Assembly (NCBI GenBank): GCA_965659285.1
Contig: CBFHWB010000001.1
Coordinates: 1,797-65,796 of the forward strand
Source of the DNA: Planctomycetota bacterium
GTDB taxonomy: Bacteria; Planctomycetota; UBA8108
DNA length: 64,000 nucleotides
Direction of reading: 5' to 3'
Below the pieces are notes generated by a model. The model was not told the origin of the DNA, made no database searches, and worked only from the letters and a program-made list of their open reading frames with translations. Position 1 is the first letter of the stretch; the number at the start of each line of letters is the position of its first letter. Of this stretch, positions 17,201 through 25,489 are shown in pieces. Position numbers and translations under genes: made by a program.

Positions 17201-19325
17201 CCGGCGCCGCTGCGGCGGCCGGGGAGCCAACGCTGGTATTGAAAAGGTAGGTCGCAAGCCCCAACACCTCGACGCTGTTCCGCAGGTTGAAATCCACCTC
17301 TTCACTACCGCCCGATTCGTCATCGGCTGAGCCGAGAGGGCGAAGCATCTTGCCATTGGAATTAGTCAGGTCAAAGAAACGCGGCATCTTTGACGATTCC
17401 CGGAAATGCACCGGATCACGAATCCAACGCGTCAGGAAGCCCATGGAAACCTTATCTCCCAGATGCTTGAGATTGGGACCCACCTTGTTGAGCTTCCAGA
17501 CCCGATCATCCGAAGCCCCGGCGGCAACCTCGAAACCTTCGATCGTATGGCAGCCGAAGCAGCCATAGGTCCGAACCAGCTTCTTGCCCAGGTTGAGCCG
17601 CTCGGCTCCCTCAATTTCCCATTGGTCATTGTGACACTTGGTGCAGCTCGAACTGGTAAAACCGGTCGGGAGCATCGGATGCTCCTCGTAATGCTTCAGA
17701 TGCCAGTGGTACTTATCCTCCCACTCTGCCCTCTGCTCTTCACCATCCGGAGTGTGCGCGACTATGGTGAACTCGATCGCATGGCCATCTCCGTAATGGC
17801 AGGTGGTGCAACCGGTGTCCTGGTAGGTGTGAGGGCTGGCCGCCGAAAGAAACAGGTCAAGACGGGGGTGGCTGGCATAAACCGAACCCCACTTTTCATC
17901 CTGGTACCCAACGAAGCGGGGATCCGGATCGTCGATGTTGATGTGGCAGGTCTTACATCGATGCACGCGGTCGACATCCATGAAGTTGAGCGGTTCCTTG
18001 AGCCCGGGAGTCACCACCTTATCGATCTTGTAGCTCGGAGCCATGAAATCAAGAAGCGGAGCGTTACGAACCGCGTTCCTCATGGACGAATCGATCAACT
18101 GGTATTGCTTGAGGGCGCTGTTGACCGCGAGCAGGCTATTCTTCAAGCCCGTCTTCAGAACGGAATAATCGGTGGTGCCGCCGGCCACCGACGTCTCCTC
18201 CTTCAACGCCGCGTCGTAAGCAGTCTCTGCTGCCTTCGCCTCGTTCCCGGTCTTCTCCATCTTGAAGAGCTTATCGTTGAGAACCTTGACGGAGGTTTTA
18301 TTGAACTCTACGGAAAGCTCCCTGACCTTCGCGGCCGCTGACTCTGTAGGGCCATCAGCCAGCACATGTTTCTTACTTTCCTCAAAGTTGAACTTGGCGG
18401 CCTGGAAATCACCGCGATAGGCGCGCAGGGCGCGGTCAGCCTCGCTGGCCGCGAAGGCCGCGTTGTTTTTCTCCCGAAGCTTTTCTCTCAATTCGGAATT
18501 CTCGGCAACCTCTGCCTCGATCAGAACCTCCAATTTCTGGACATGGTCGACCAGCCTCAGATAATTCACATCTACCCCGGCTGCCTTTTTCGGCAGCTCG
18601 CGCTTAACCTTCGTCCCCGTGAGCTTGTCCAGAACGAGAGAGAATCCCTGGGCCAGGCTTTCAAGCTTTTCAAGCTCTCCTTCCCTGGCATTTTTCAGCG
18701 CCTCCTCGGACTCCTCGGCCTGCACATCCCTCCAATGGGCCTGGATATGCTTCCACTGGCGATCGTAATCCTGCCAGAAAACCGCCAGGGTGATCACCAG
18801 CAGCGCGGCGCTCGAGATTGCGAAGGCGACATTCAGGGCTGACACGCGATAGAGGGTGGTCTCGCTATCGGGTTCGGTAAAGATACTCTGGGAGAGCTCC
18901 CGGAAGCCTTCTCCCTCGACCAGCGAATCGACGGTCGTTACGGACTCCTTGAGAGGATCTTCCTCTGGCAACTCAGGCAATTCGGGGCCGGTGGCCTCCT
19001 CAGCCGGAGCCTCTGCGGGAGCTTCCTTGCTGGCCGTAACGACCTCGGCCGGAGCCTCTGCCTCGGCCGGAGCCTCTGCGGGCGCCTCTGACGCCGCCAC
19101 CTCCGGCGCCGGCGCAGCGGCGGCGCCCGAGCCAAGGTAGCCGCGGGTTGGCGACCAGTACTGGTCGCCTCCGCCCCCGGCGGCAGGAGCGGGAGCCGCT
19201 GCAGCCGGAGTCTCCTGGGCGGGAGGATCCGCGGCTCCAGCATCAACCGGAGTAGAAGCCGGCTGGGCTCCACTGTCGTCCAGGTAACCTCTTGTAGGAC
19301 ACCAGGGTCCTCTGTCATTCGGCAT
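14238..19325 (-). CDS. Giant (1695 aa) membrane-anchored octaheme c-type cytochrome of the bc-complex/oxidase locus
   Basis: Eight CxxCH motifs (CKTCH, CTTCH, CTKCH, CFGCH, CMGCH, CFGCH, CSGCH, CSQCH). N-terminal Pro/Ala/Glu-rich low-complexity region with a duplicated W(C/S)PTRGYL motif. One hydrophobic helix (VSALNVAFAISSAALLVITLAVFW). About 350 aa of charged coiled-coil-like sequence. Ends with TAG. Confidence 0.85.
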   Translation of the reverse strand: MPNDRGPWCPTRGYLDDSGAQPASTPVDAGAADPPAQETPAAAAPAPAAGGGGDQYWSPTRGYLGSGAAAAPAPEVAASEAPAEAPAEAEAPAEVVTASKEAPAEAPAEEATGPELPELPEEDPLKESVTTVDSLVEGEGFRELSQSIFTEPDSETTLYRVSALNVAFAISSAALLVITLAVFWQDYDRQWKHIQAHWRDVQAEESEEALKNAREGELEKLESLAQGFSLVLDKLTGTKVKRELPKKAAGVDVNYLRLVDHVQKLEVLIEAEVAENSELREKLREKNNAAFAASEADRALRAYRGDFQAAKFNFEESKKHVLADGPTESAAAKVRELSVEFNKTSVKVLNDKLFKMEKTGNEAKAAETAYDAALKEETSVAGGTTDYSVLKTGLKNSLLAVNSALKQYQLIDSSMRNAVRNAPLLDFMAPSYKIDKVVTPGLKEPLNFMDVDRVHRCKTCHINIDDPDPRFVGYQDEKWGSVYASHPRLDLFLSAASPHTYQDTGCTTCHYGDGHAIEFTIVAHTPDGEEQRAEWEDKYHWHLKHYEEHPMLPTGFTSSSCTKCHNDQWEIEGAERLNLGKKLVRTYGCFGCHTIEGFEVAAGASDDRVWKLNKVGPNLKHLGDKVSMGFLTRWIRDPVHFRESSKMPRFFDLTNSNGKMLRPLGSADDESGGSEEVDFNLRNSVEVLGLATYLFNTSVGSPAAAAAPAGDPVRGRELVKTLGCMGCHSIKVESEGEYDEPLPALAAVLAALEQKAAQSAEGQPLLAAAYRESGTKLSDLYGWLKGLDVGSELEELYSKSKRAIEESMALEESLEIEESALESVGQLADAVYNRWIHNTFGPDLSPLARKFDLATELGRKKAVNWLSSWILNPQAHDPETIMPRFRLAPGQDPAGEQKVADMVSYLLTLDYNDVDLAAHPSASPATLGESQKKDRDEGWESGLVTTNAAEIESDPAKKKILDDIATYYLGAVHGTSRAATLLKGGDASKPMSTSEKLNLVGHRLVRRYGCFGCHNGIRDEDPDPGVPSSDRVAYFDGAQPIGAELNKWGDKGSDRLDFGQWGHQEDGSEAIPHQRHEWAKAKLSDTRRFDVLPRRVTVGRTSSGEPVYDYKVTKQLAHKGADELLKMPLFPFHDKPEQVEAVVAYVISLVADPVDPGRKKHLSEREKILEGGSRLVQKLNCSGCHRLGATTSYVSVDDLPNPNALGDESGRSNVMQAETWLAKSYRLAARPAGPQGSNLGIELPAGFPLGQQVGQFSSGDANTDATLPQVFTPNEDPMSVVDVARRHFYPLPGFVQDVARVIDSMYNEEEPADTLANRGIYDFVRKRLADPAGLISRMRKSYEDESSALGQFLVAMLETPYDIDLDSLPDGLGVRKDELEGLATQYYSALGGVLSESPVSERKLAVKGYGEGGVRFYFGTELTDRFKAPPPLLRQGERVKSDWFFHFLQDVRPIRPWLKVRMPSFNLTQAEARLIVQWFKAVSEVPYGEELFAEDRFEKEQALKGQLLCGKGTAEVKGKQCSQCHPRGAELPTLPILAQGAGTVAPAEVPLSAPGDSHFLVWKDSDGKILLRGGFATLDAVQTAGGELGGKASAWAAGKPWDKSSWGPDLNAAAGRLRAQWTRDWLYFPPDFMPGTKMPNYFQERKKYTGNPASEIDAKDLADVNALLQYLRHMNDEKMATAPREESQEEAGGGN
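18938..19140 (-). repeat. Coding low-complexity tandem repeat (Ala/Pro/Glu-rich, APAEAPAEAEAPAE) inside the octaheme cytochrome gene
   Basis: Reiterated DNA units such as CGGCCGGAGCCTCTGC. The repeat is protein-coding. Confidence 0.6.
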
Positions 19326-19348
19326 CGATACTTGCCTGTGGTTTCAAT

Positions 19349-20455
19349 TCAAATGTTAAAAAAGTATTCGGGAATCGCGACGATGTATTTCAGGTTGACC
19401 GTCCAGCGAAGAACCATCTTCAGGGGCAGAGCTGCCATGCAGAGCAGGAAAAAGACCATCGTCTGGTAGCGTATAAAGCCCAGGTCCCTGTACATCTTGC
19501 GGAACACCAGGTTAGCCAATAGCGGCGGCAGGACCGCGAAGTAGGCGATGACTGTCAGGAAGCCCGGCAGCTCACGCAGAAGGATGTTGGACGGCAGAGC
19601 CCTTCCAAGCCACTCGAGATAAACATACTCGGCCAGGTTCACATTGTTGAGGGATTCGACCTTGTGGGGGTCCCAATAGGCATAGGGTCCAAAGAAATTC
19701 CAATTGGGTCCTCGCAGGAAAGTTCCAAGGATGATCAGGGTCACCCAGAGAACGATAAAGCCAAACAGGAAGGTCGAGATAGCGAAGCGGCGCTCCTTAA
19801 AAGTGTAGTAGCCGTTGCCCTTCGGATTCATGTCAATATAGGGAATCGCCATCAGGCCATTGATGATGAAGGTCGGAAAGACAACCCCGGCCAACCAGGG
19901 ATCGTAATAAACCAGCATCTCCTGCAAGCCCAGGAAGTACCAGGGCGCCTTGGATGGGTTGGGCGTCTTGACCAGGCTCGCCGGCTCCTCCAGGGGAGCC
20001 TTCAGATAGTAGGCCCAGACCAGCAGGAGTACGGTACAGAGAATCATCGCGAGAAACTCGGTGTAGACAAGGTCAGGCCAGCAATAAACCCGGCGGCTGG
20101 CCTCGCGATGCTCAAAAGTCGGCAATCCCTTGTCGATCAGACGGTCATTGATGACCATTTTTCTGAAAGCGACCCACAGCAGAAAAGCCAGAGAGAAGAA
20201 CAGGATCGTGATCGGCACGTTATCCGGTTTACCGACGATGAGCTTGAAATTCTCATCTGTGAGGCTCCAGAAATAAAAGACGATTGCGAAAGCGAAGAAA
20301 CCGCCTATGAACCACCCCCGGGTCCAGAAAGACCTGAACTGGATCATGGCCCAGAACCCGACCACGGAGAGGACGAAATACATCGTCGGCTCGAGCAGGC
20401 CATCGATGAAGTTCTTGATGAACTCCGGCAGGTGTGGAACTAACAACGCCAACAT
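19349..20455 (-). CDS. Cytochrome b C-terminal (subunit-IV-like) membrane subunit of a bc-type complex, extended version
   Basis: PEWYFL-type motif (PNPSKAPWYFLGLQEML). Multiple helices. Immediately follows the cytochrome b6-like gene. Confidence 0.8.
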   Translation of the reverse strand: MLALLVPHLPEFIKNFIDGLLEPTMYFVLSVVGFWAMIQFRSFWTRGWFIGGFFAFAIVFYFWSLTDENFKLIVGKPDNVPITILFFSLAFLLWVAFRKMVINDRLIDKGLPTFEHREASRRVYCWPDLVYTEFLAMILCTVLLLVWAYYLKAPLEEPASLVKTPNPSKAPWYFLGLQEMLVYYDPWLAGVVFPTFIINGLMAIPYIDMNPKGNGYYTFKERRFAISTFLFGFIVLWVTLIILGTFLRGPNWNFFGPYAYWDPHKVESLNNVNLAEYVYLEWLGRALPSNILLRELPGFLTVIAYFAVLPPLLANLVFRKMYRDLGFIRYQTMVFFLLCMAALPLKMVLRWTVNLKYIVAIPEYFFNI

Positions 20456-20481
20456 GTTGAAGATTCTTCTCTAATGAAAAA

Positions 20482-21255
20482 CTACATCGGGCCGGAAATG
20501 CCGCCATCCTTGCGGACCCGCCAGAAATGCACCGCTATCAACAGCCCGGCTCCAAGCGGAACCGCGATGCAATGAAGGACATAAAAACGCAGCAGGGTGG
20601 CAGCTCCGACCGTCTTGCTGCCAAGCAGGCCAAACCGAACATCACTTCCGGCGGTTACCAGTGAAACATCGCCAAGCTGGATAAAGGCTGCGCCGGGACC
20701 TTCGTGTCCCATGATCGGCGTCGCTCGCGCCATGTTGGTTCCAACCGTGATCGCCCAGATCGCCAGTTGATCCCACGGCAAGAGATAGCCTGTAAAGCTC
20801 AGCAGCAGGGTCAGCACCAGCAGGATCACTCCGACATTCCAGTTAAACTCACGCGGAGGCTTGTAGGAACCCGTAAGGAAGACCCGCAGCATATGCAGCC
20901 AGACGGTGATGACCATGAGGTGAGCGCCCCACCTGTGCAACTCACGCATGATACCGATGGGAACATGATCCCTTAGCGCCTTGATATCGTTGTAGGCGTA
21001 TTCCACCACGGGCCTGTAGTAGAACATCAGCAATACACCGGTGATCGTCTCGACCAGGAAAAGGAAGAAGGTCAACCCTCCCATGCACCAGGTAAAGCTC
21101 ATTCGAACCCCTGATTTACGCACCTTGATCGGGTGCAGGTGCAGGAAGACATTCGACAGCACCGCCAGGGCCTGGTCTCTCGGGTTGTCAGGATATTTAT
21201 GCCGGAAGATCGACTTCCAGATCTGGCTATCCGTGATGAATTTCATGAGGCTCAT
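20482..21255 (-). CDS. Cytochrome b6-like (cytochrome b N-terminal, four-His bis-heme) subunit
   Basis: Heme-ligand His pairs HRWGAHLMV...[11 protein letters not shown] and [11 protein letters not shown]...[10 protein letters not shown]. Probable start is the internal ATG ([13 protein letters not shown]); the track start is 21324. Confidence 0.85.
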   Translation of the reverse strand: MSLMKFITDSQIWKSIFRHKYPDNPRDQALAVLSNVFLHLHPIKVRKSGVRMSFTWCMGGLTFFLFLVETITGVLLMFYYRPVVEYAYNDIKALRDHVPIGIMRELHRWGAHLMVITVWLHMLRVFLTGSYKPPREFNWNVGVILLVLTLLLSFTGYLLPWDQLAIWAITVGTNMARATPIMGHEGPGAAFIQLGDVSLVTAGSDVRFGLLGSKTVGAATLLRFYVLHCIAVPLGAGLLIAVHFWRVRKDGGISGPM

Positions 21256-21349
21256 AACGCGCCCCTCCAATCCACCCGGTCTGAGGAAAAGCGGGTGAAC
21301 CTGCAGAGGCTGTCGCCAACACAAGATCTGGTTGAACAGGTGTCCCTGG

Positions 21350-21868
21350 TCATACGCTGTACTCCATCTTCAGGAACGACTCCGGGTCATCCCACTGTCC
21401 CTTTTCCTGCTGGTATTTTTTTCCCTTGTCGATCTCGAGTTGCCCGTCAGCGGCGAGGCTGACCTTGAATCTCTCCAGCGGCCGCGGAGCCGGTCCCTCG
21501 AAGTTGATCCCGCTCGAATAGAAGCCGCTTCCATGGCATGGGCATTTGAACTTCTTCTCGGTCTCCAGCCAGTTCGGCGTGCAGCCCAGGTGGGTACAAA
21601 CCGTCGAAAGAACGAAGAATCCATCCAGGGTTCTGACGATCCAGATTCCACGTGTCTTGTAGCGCTTGTCGACGACACCCTCGCTCGAAGCCGCGAAATC
21701 GGCCGGGTAGCCAACCTTGAATTTTGTAGCCGGCTCGAAGGTGTCATTGGGAAACAGGAAACGAACACACATACCGAGACCGGCAACGCTGGCAGCGGTG
21801 AAGAGAGCCCAGCCCGTGCTTACCGCGGCGAGGAAAGAACGCCTGCCCTTGTCGTTAGTCTCACTCAT
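21350..21868 (-). CDS. Rieske [2Fe-2S] iron-sulfur protein with twin-arginine signal
   Basis: Rieske boxes [10 protein letters not shown] and CPCHGSGF. Tat motif RRSFLAAV in the N-terminal anchor. Confidence 0.9.
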   Translation of the reverse strand: MSETNDKGRRSFLAAVSTGWALFTAASVAGLGMCVRFLFPNDTFEPATKFKVGYPADFAASSEGVVDKRYKTRGIWIVRTLDGFFVLSTVCTHLGCTPNWLETEKKFKCPCHGSGFYSSGINFEGPAPRPLERFKVSLAADGQLEIDKGKKYQQEKGQWDDPESFLKMEYSV

Positions 21869-22899
21869 GTGTCTTTGTCATCCAATTGCTCAAGCAGTGT
21901 CAGAGCCTTGTCCTTCACCGCCAGGCTGCGGTCGGTTTTTTTCTCCAGGAGCACATCCCTGAATTCAGAGCCCCGGAGCCTGTAGAGGCCGTCGAGAGCC
22001 TGACACATCCAGCGTTCTTTCTGCTGAACAGTCAAGCCCCTATTGTGATCTCCCCGCACTCTGTCAAGAAAGTCCCAATCGAGGATTTTCTCGAGAATCG
22101 ACGCGCCGGAATCATCGCCGAAATGCCGGGCCAGCCAGAAGGCCGTATTCCAGGATATTTCCTTGCGCTGGTCGTTCACCTGGCCCTTGAGCTTATCGAG
22201 AACGGCCCTGGCCTGGGGGTCATCGACGAGAGTTTTTTCAAGGTCGGGGCCATTACGAATCAAGATGTTCACCACGCCGCCGATGGCCAGGAACCGGCTC
22301 CCCCAGTCCCTGGGGCTCCCCGTCACCTCGACCTCGTCGAGCAGGGCGGGGATCGCCTTGCGATCACCTGACCAGGCTAACCCGGCGATCGTAGCCTGCC
22401 TGAGTTCGGCTGATATATTCTGCTGCGCGAGTTGCCCGAGAAGAAAGGGGACGGCCTGCTGAGGCTGACCGGATCGCCCAAGGGCCACGACCAGGAACAT
22501 CCTGAGCTGATCCTCACCGGAAGAGGCGTTCTCAACCAGTTGGAGGAGTTGGCTTGTCTCCTCCGGTCCCAGGTAGGGCTCTTCGCCTGTTGCCTGCTTC
22601 GCGACCAGTTGGTCTGCCAACGCCTTGGCATCCTGCAAACGCGAATGTCCACCGCCAGCCTGGATATCCCTGAGCAGGTCGGCCACGCTGCGGGTGTCCT
22701 TGGCGATCGCTCCAAAGAAAACCCAGACGAGCACCAGGACGATCACGATGAGAAAAGGGATACCGAACAGCTGCGGGAAGAGCTCGAGAAACGTCCTGCC
22801 GCCCTTGCGCGGCGGTACGGATACGACACGAACATCCTCTCTGGCCAGATCGCTTTCGCTGCCTGCGGCTGGCTGTTGCTTCCCCTCCTGGGGGTCCAT
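21865..22899 (-). CDS. Membrane-anchored HEAT (PBS-lyase-type) repeat protein, first gene of the bc/oxidase locus
   Basis: One N-terminal hydrophobic helix (FGIPFLIVIVLVLVWVFFGAI) followed by repeated helical units (LVVALGRSG, AGLAWSGD, AIGGVVNIL) characteristic of HEAT-like repeats. Stop overlaps the Rieske start (ATGA). Probable start is the internal ATG (MDPQEGKQQ). Confidence 0.55.
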   Translation of the reverse strand: MDPQEGKQQPAAGSESDLAREDVRVVSVPPRKGGRTFLELFPQLFGIPFLIVIVLVLVWVFFGAIAKDTRSVADLLRDIQAGGGHSRLQDAKALADQLVAKQATGEEPYLGPEETSQLLQLVENASSGEDQLRMFLVVALGRSGQPQQAVPFLLGQLAQQNISAELRQATIAGLAWSGDRKAIPALLDEVEVTGSPRDWGSRFLAIGGVVNILIRNGPDLEKTLVDDPQARAVLDKLKGQVNDQRKEISWNTAFWLARHFGDDSGASILEKILDWDFLDRVRGDHNRGLTVQQKERWMCQALDGLYRLRGSEFRDVLLEKKTDRSLAVKDKALTLLEQLDDKDT

Positions 22900-23101
22900 C
22901 CCTCCAGGGCTGGAGGATAGTTCAGAATCTCCGGCGACCCCCGTCACGACCTTCACTCCATCGGAACTGAAATAAAAACGGAAAATCCTGCACTTAAAGG
23001 GGTTGCAGACTTCCGTGAACTGTTTCACGAAGACTGACAAATTATAGTTACTGCCGTTGAGCAGTCAAACGGATTTAAACAGAGACTCCCGACGACATCA
23101 A

Positions 23102-24010
23102 CTACCGGCAGGTCGATTTAAGTTCCTCTAAAGAGCGGCCCAGGGACCCCCTCTCACGGCTCTTGAGAAGGCTTCCAATGTGGGCGATCGGGCTGAAGGC
23201 GACGCTGTCGGTTCCATCTGATTTTTCCGCGCGCGTAAAAACCACCGCTGGCCATGGCTGGAACTGGGGAAGAGGCAGCCAGGAGCTTGCAAGCTCCACC
23301 TGGCCTCGAACGATCTCCCCGAACAGGCAGCCTAACAGGATCATAGAATTGAGCGGTTCAGCCGCCGGCTGCCCCTCGCGCTCAAGGGTGTCACAGACCG
23401 CCCTCTCGAGCGCATCCGGCGACTCCGTGGCCAGCAGGCTCACCTTCGTCCCAAGAACGGAATGCACCAGATGCATTCCGGCCGCGCCCATCTGCTGGCA
23501 ATTTTCGGGGCGAATATCCTCCCCGAACCGGGCAACAAGACAGGCTCGTGCCTCGAATTCCCCGAAGACCGTGTCCCCTCCGATGAGCAGCAAGACCGAA
23601 GGAACCTCTTCAGCGGAGAAAAAACTCAATCGGACATTTCTTCCGCGAGGATAAGGATTGAGCCGCAAGCCGACCAGTATGTTCAATACGTTCAGCGTCT
23701 CGTTCTCCTCCCAGGAGCCGATGCTGACGACACTGATGAGCACCTCCCCATCAACCCTGGATTCGTAGAACCTGCAGAGATCCGCGCAGGGAAGCCTGGA
23801 GTTGATATCCCGGATGCTGGCAAACCCGAGGTCCGCATCTTCAAAAACGGCGCACACCTTCTCTTCGGCTTCTTCAATCCCACATCCCGGAGCAATCTCG
23901 ACAGCTGGAATATTATTAAACGGCAAAGAAGGCTCTCCGGTCCAAGCCATGCAAGCAACCCTGCGAGGACCCATTGACAGGAACAGACTGTTTTCTTCAG
24001 CTACGACCAT
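23102..24010 (-). CDS. Hypothetical protein (no recognised domain)
   Basis: 302-aa ORF with ordinary amino-acid composition. Overlapping plus-strand ORFs are Arg/Ser/Pro-rich, typical of high-GC antisense artefacts. Confidence 0.3.
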   Translation of the reverse strand: MVVAEENSLFLSMGPRRVACMAWTGEPSLPFNNIPAVEIAPGCGIEEAEEKVCAVFEDADLGFASIRDINSRLPCADLCRFYESRVDGEVLISVVSIGSWEENETLNVLNILVGLRLNPYPRGRNVRLSFFSAEEVPSVLLLIGGDTVFGEFEARACLVARFGEDIRPENCQQMGAAGMHLVHSVLGTKVSLLATESPDALERAVCDTLEREGQPAAEPLNSMILLGCLFGEIVRGQVELASSWLPLPQFQPWPAVVFTRAEKSDGTDSVAFSPIAHIGSLLKSRERGSLGRSLEELKSTCR

Positions 24011-24253
24011 TTATGGCAGCATCAGCAACAGCCTGCCATAGAAATCCCCTTTCCCCGGGCGTTCCCCGGCCGGTGACTTCAGGATAAAAACCGCCGAGAG
24101 TGACGATTTGTTCCGAAAAGGTGGAGTATTCAAAAGAAAGTTAGCCCCATCTGGCGAAAAGAGAATAGGGAATCCGCCCGCATCTGTATGATCGGGACTA
24201 CGGAAAATTTAAATTCCAGCCCGTTCTGCAGTCCAGTTGCCTGCCAGAGACCT

Positions 24254-25471
24254 ATGTCAGAAGATATTATTCGATTCAGCCAGAGGATGGACCGTCTGCC
24301 TCCCTACCTCTTCGGGACCATCAACTCGCTCAAAGATTCCAAGAGACGCGACGGGATCGACATCATCGACATGGCCATGGGCAACCCGACCGATGCCACT
24401 CCCGAGCCGATCGTCGACAAGCTCTGCGAGGTGGTAAAGGATCCCCGGAACCATCGCTACTCCGCGGCCTCGGGACTCTACAACCTGCGGCGCGAGGTCT
24501 CGAAATATTACAAATCAAACTGGAACGTCGATATCGATCCGGAAACCGAGGTCATCGCGACCATCGGAAGCAAGGAAGGCTTCAGCCACCTGTGCCTGGC
24601 TCTGCTGGGCCCCGGCGACCTGGCCTTTGTGCCGACTCCCTCCTTCCCGATTCATTCCTACGCGGTTGTGATCGCCGGCGGCGAATGCCTGGGAGTCCCG
24701 GTCGAGGACGATGAGGAATTCCTCCGCCAGATAGACGAAGCCTGCACCAAGATGGACAACAGTCCCAAGGTGCTCTTCCTCAACTACCCCCACAACCCGA
24801 CCGCGCACACTGTCGAGGCGGCCTTCTTCGAGGAGGTCGTAGGCCTGGCGCGGCGCCACAACCTGACAGTGGTCCATGATTTCGCCTACAGCCAGATAAC
24901 CTTCGACGGCTACCAGGCTCCCAGCTTCCTGTCCACGCCTGGCGCCAAGGAGATCGGCTGCGAGTTCACCACCATGTCAAAATCATTCAATATGGCGGGC
25001 TGGAGAATCGGCTACTGCGTCGGCAACCGCCGAATCATCGAAGCTCTCGGACAGATCAAGGGCTACTACGATTACGGAATCTTCCAGGCGATCCAGATCG
25101 CCTCGATCATCGGCCTGCGTCATTGTGGCGACCTGGTCAAAGAACAGGCTCTTCAGTACCAGGAGCGCCGGGATGTCCTGCTCGACGGCATGGCCCGCAT
25201 CGGCTGGGAGGACGTCACCAGTCCCCGAGCGGGGATGTTTGTCTGGGCAAAGCTCCCGCAGAAATACGCCTCGATGGGCTCCATGGAATTTGCCAGGCGC
25301 ATGATGGAAGATGCCGAGGTGGCCGTTGCCCCCGGAATCGGCTTCGGACCCGAAGGCGAAGGCTACCTCCGCCTCGCCCTGATCGAAAACCGCCCGCGCC
25401 TGCAACAGGCTGTACGGCAGATCGGACGCGCCTTCCAGAAATGGGATGCGGAAAGTTCCCAGGGAGCCTGA
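24254..25471 (+). CDS. Class I/II PLP-dependent aminotransferase (AlaA/aspartate-aminotransferase-like)
   Basis: PLP-lysine motif SKSFNMAGWRIGY. Conserved N-terminal region (MDRLPPYLF...NPTDATP). Start taken at the ATG at 24254. Confidence 0.85.
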   Translation: MSEDIIRFSQRMDRLPPYLFGTINSLKDSKRRDGIDIIDMAMGNPTDATPEPIVDKLCEVVKDPRNHRYSAASGLYNLRREVSKYYKSNWNVDIDPETEVIATIGSKEGFSHLCLALLGPGDLAFVPTPSFPIHSYAVVIAGGECLGVPVEDDEEFLRQIDEACTKMDNSPKVLFLNYPHNPTAHTVEAAFFEEVVGLARRHNLTVVHDFAYSQITFDGYQAPSFLSTPGAKEIGCEFTTMSKSFNMAGWRIGYCVGNRRIIEALGQIKGYYDYGIFQAIQIASIIGLRHCGDLVKEQALQYQERRDVLLDGMARIGWEDVTSPRAGMFVWAKLPQKYASMGSMEFARRMMEDAEVAVAPGIGFGPEGEGYLRLALIENRPRLQQAVRQIGRAFQKWDAESSQGA

Positions 25472-25489
25472 GGAAGTCCGGCCTGCGGC

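Noticed and set aside
18938-19140. Short tandem DNA repeats (CGGCCGGAGCCTCTGC-like) that could be mistaken for a CRISPR array or VNTR. A similar repeat lies at 26380-26830.
   Set aside because: They lie inside long ORFs and encode Ala/Pro/Glu-rich or Glu/Lys-rich low-complexity linkers. There is no spacer-repeat periodicity of CRISPR type and no cas genes.
22900-23100. Searched upstream of the respiratory locus, and also upstream of the transporter cluster and the DUF1501 gene, for sigma-54 -24/-12 elements (TGGCAC-N5-TTGC), given that rpoN is in the window.
   Set aside because: Only a poor match with wrong GG-GC spacing (CACGGAAGTCTGCAA) was found. No convincing sigma-54 promoter.
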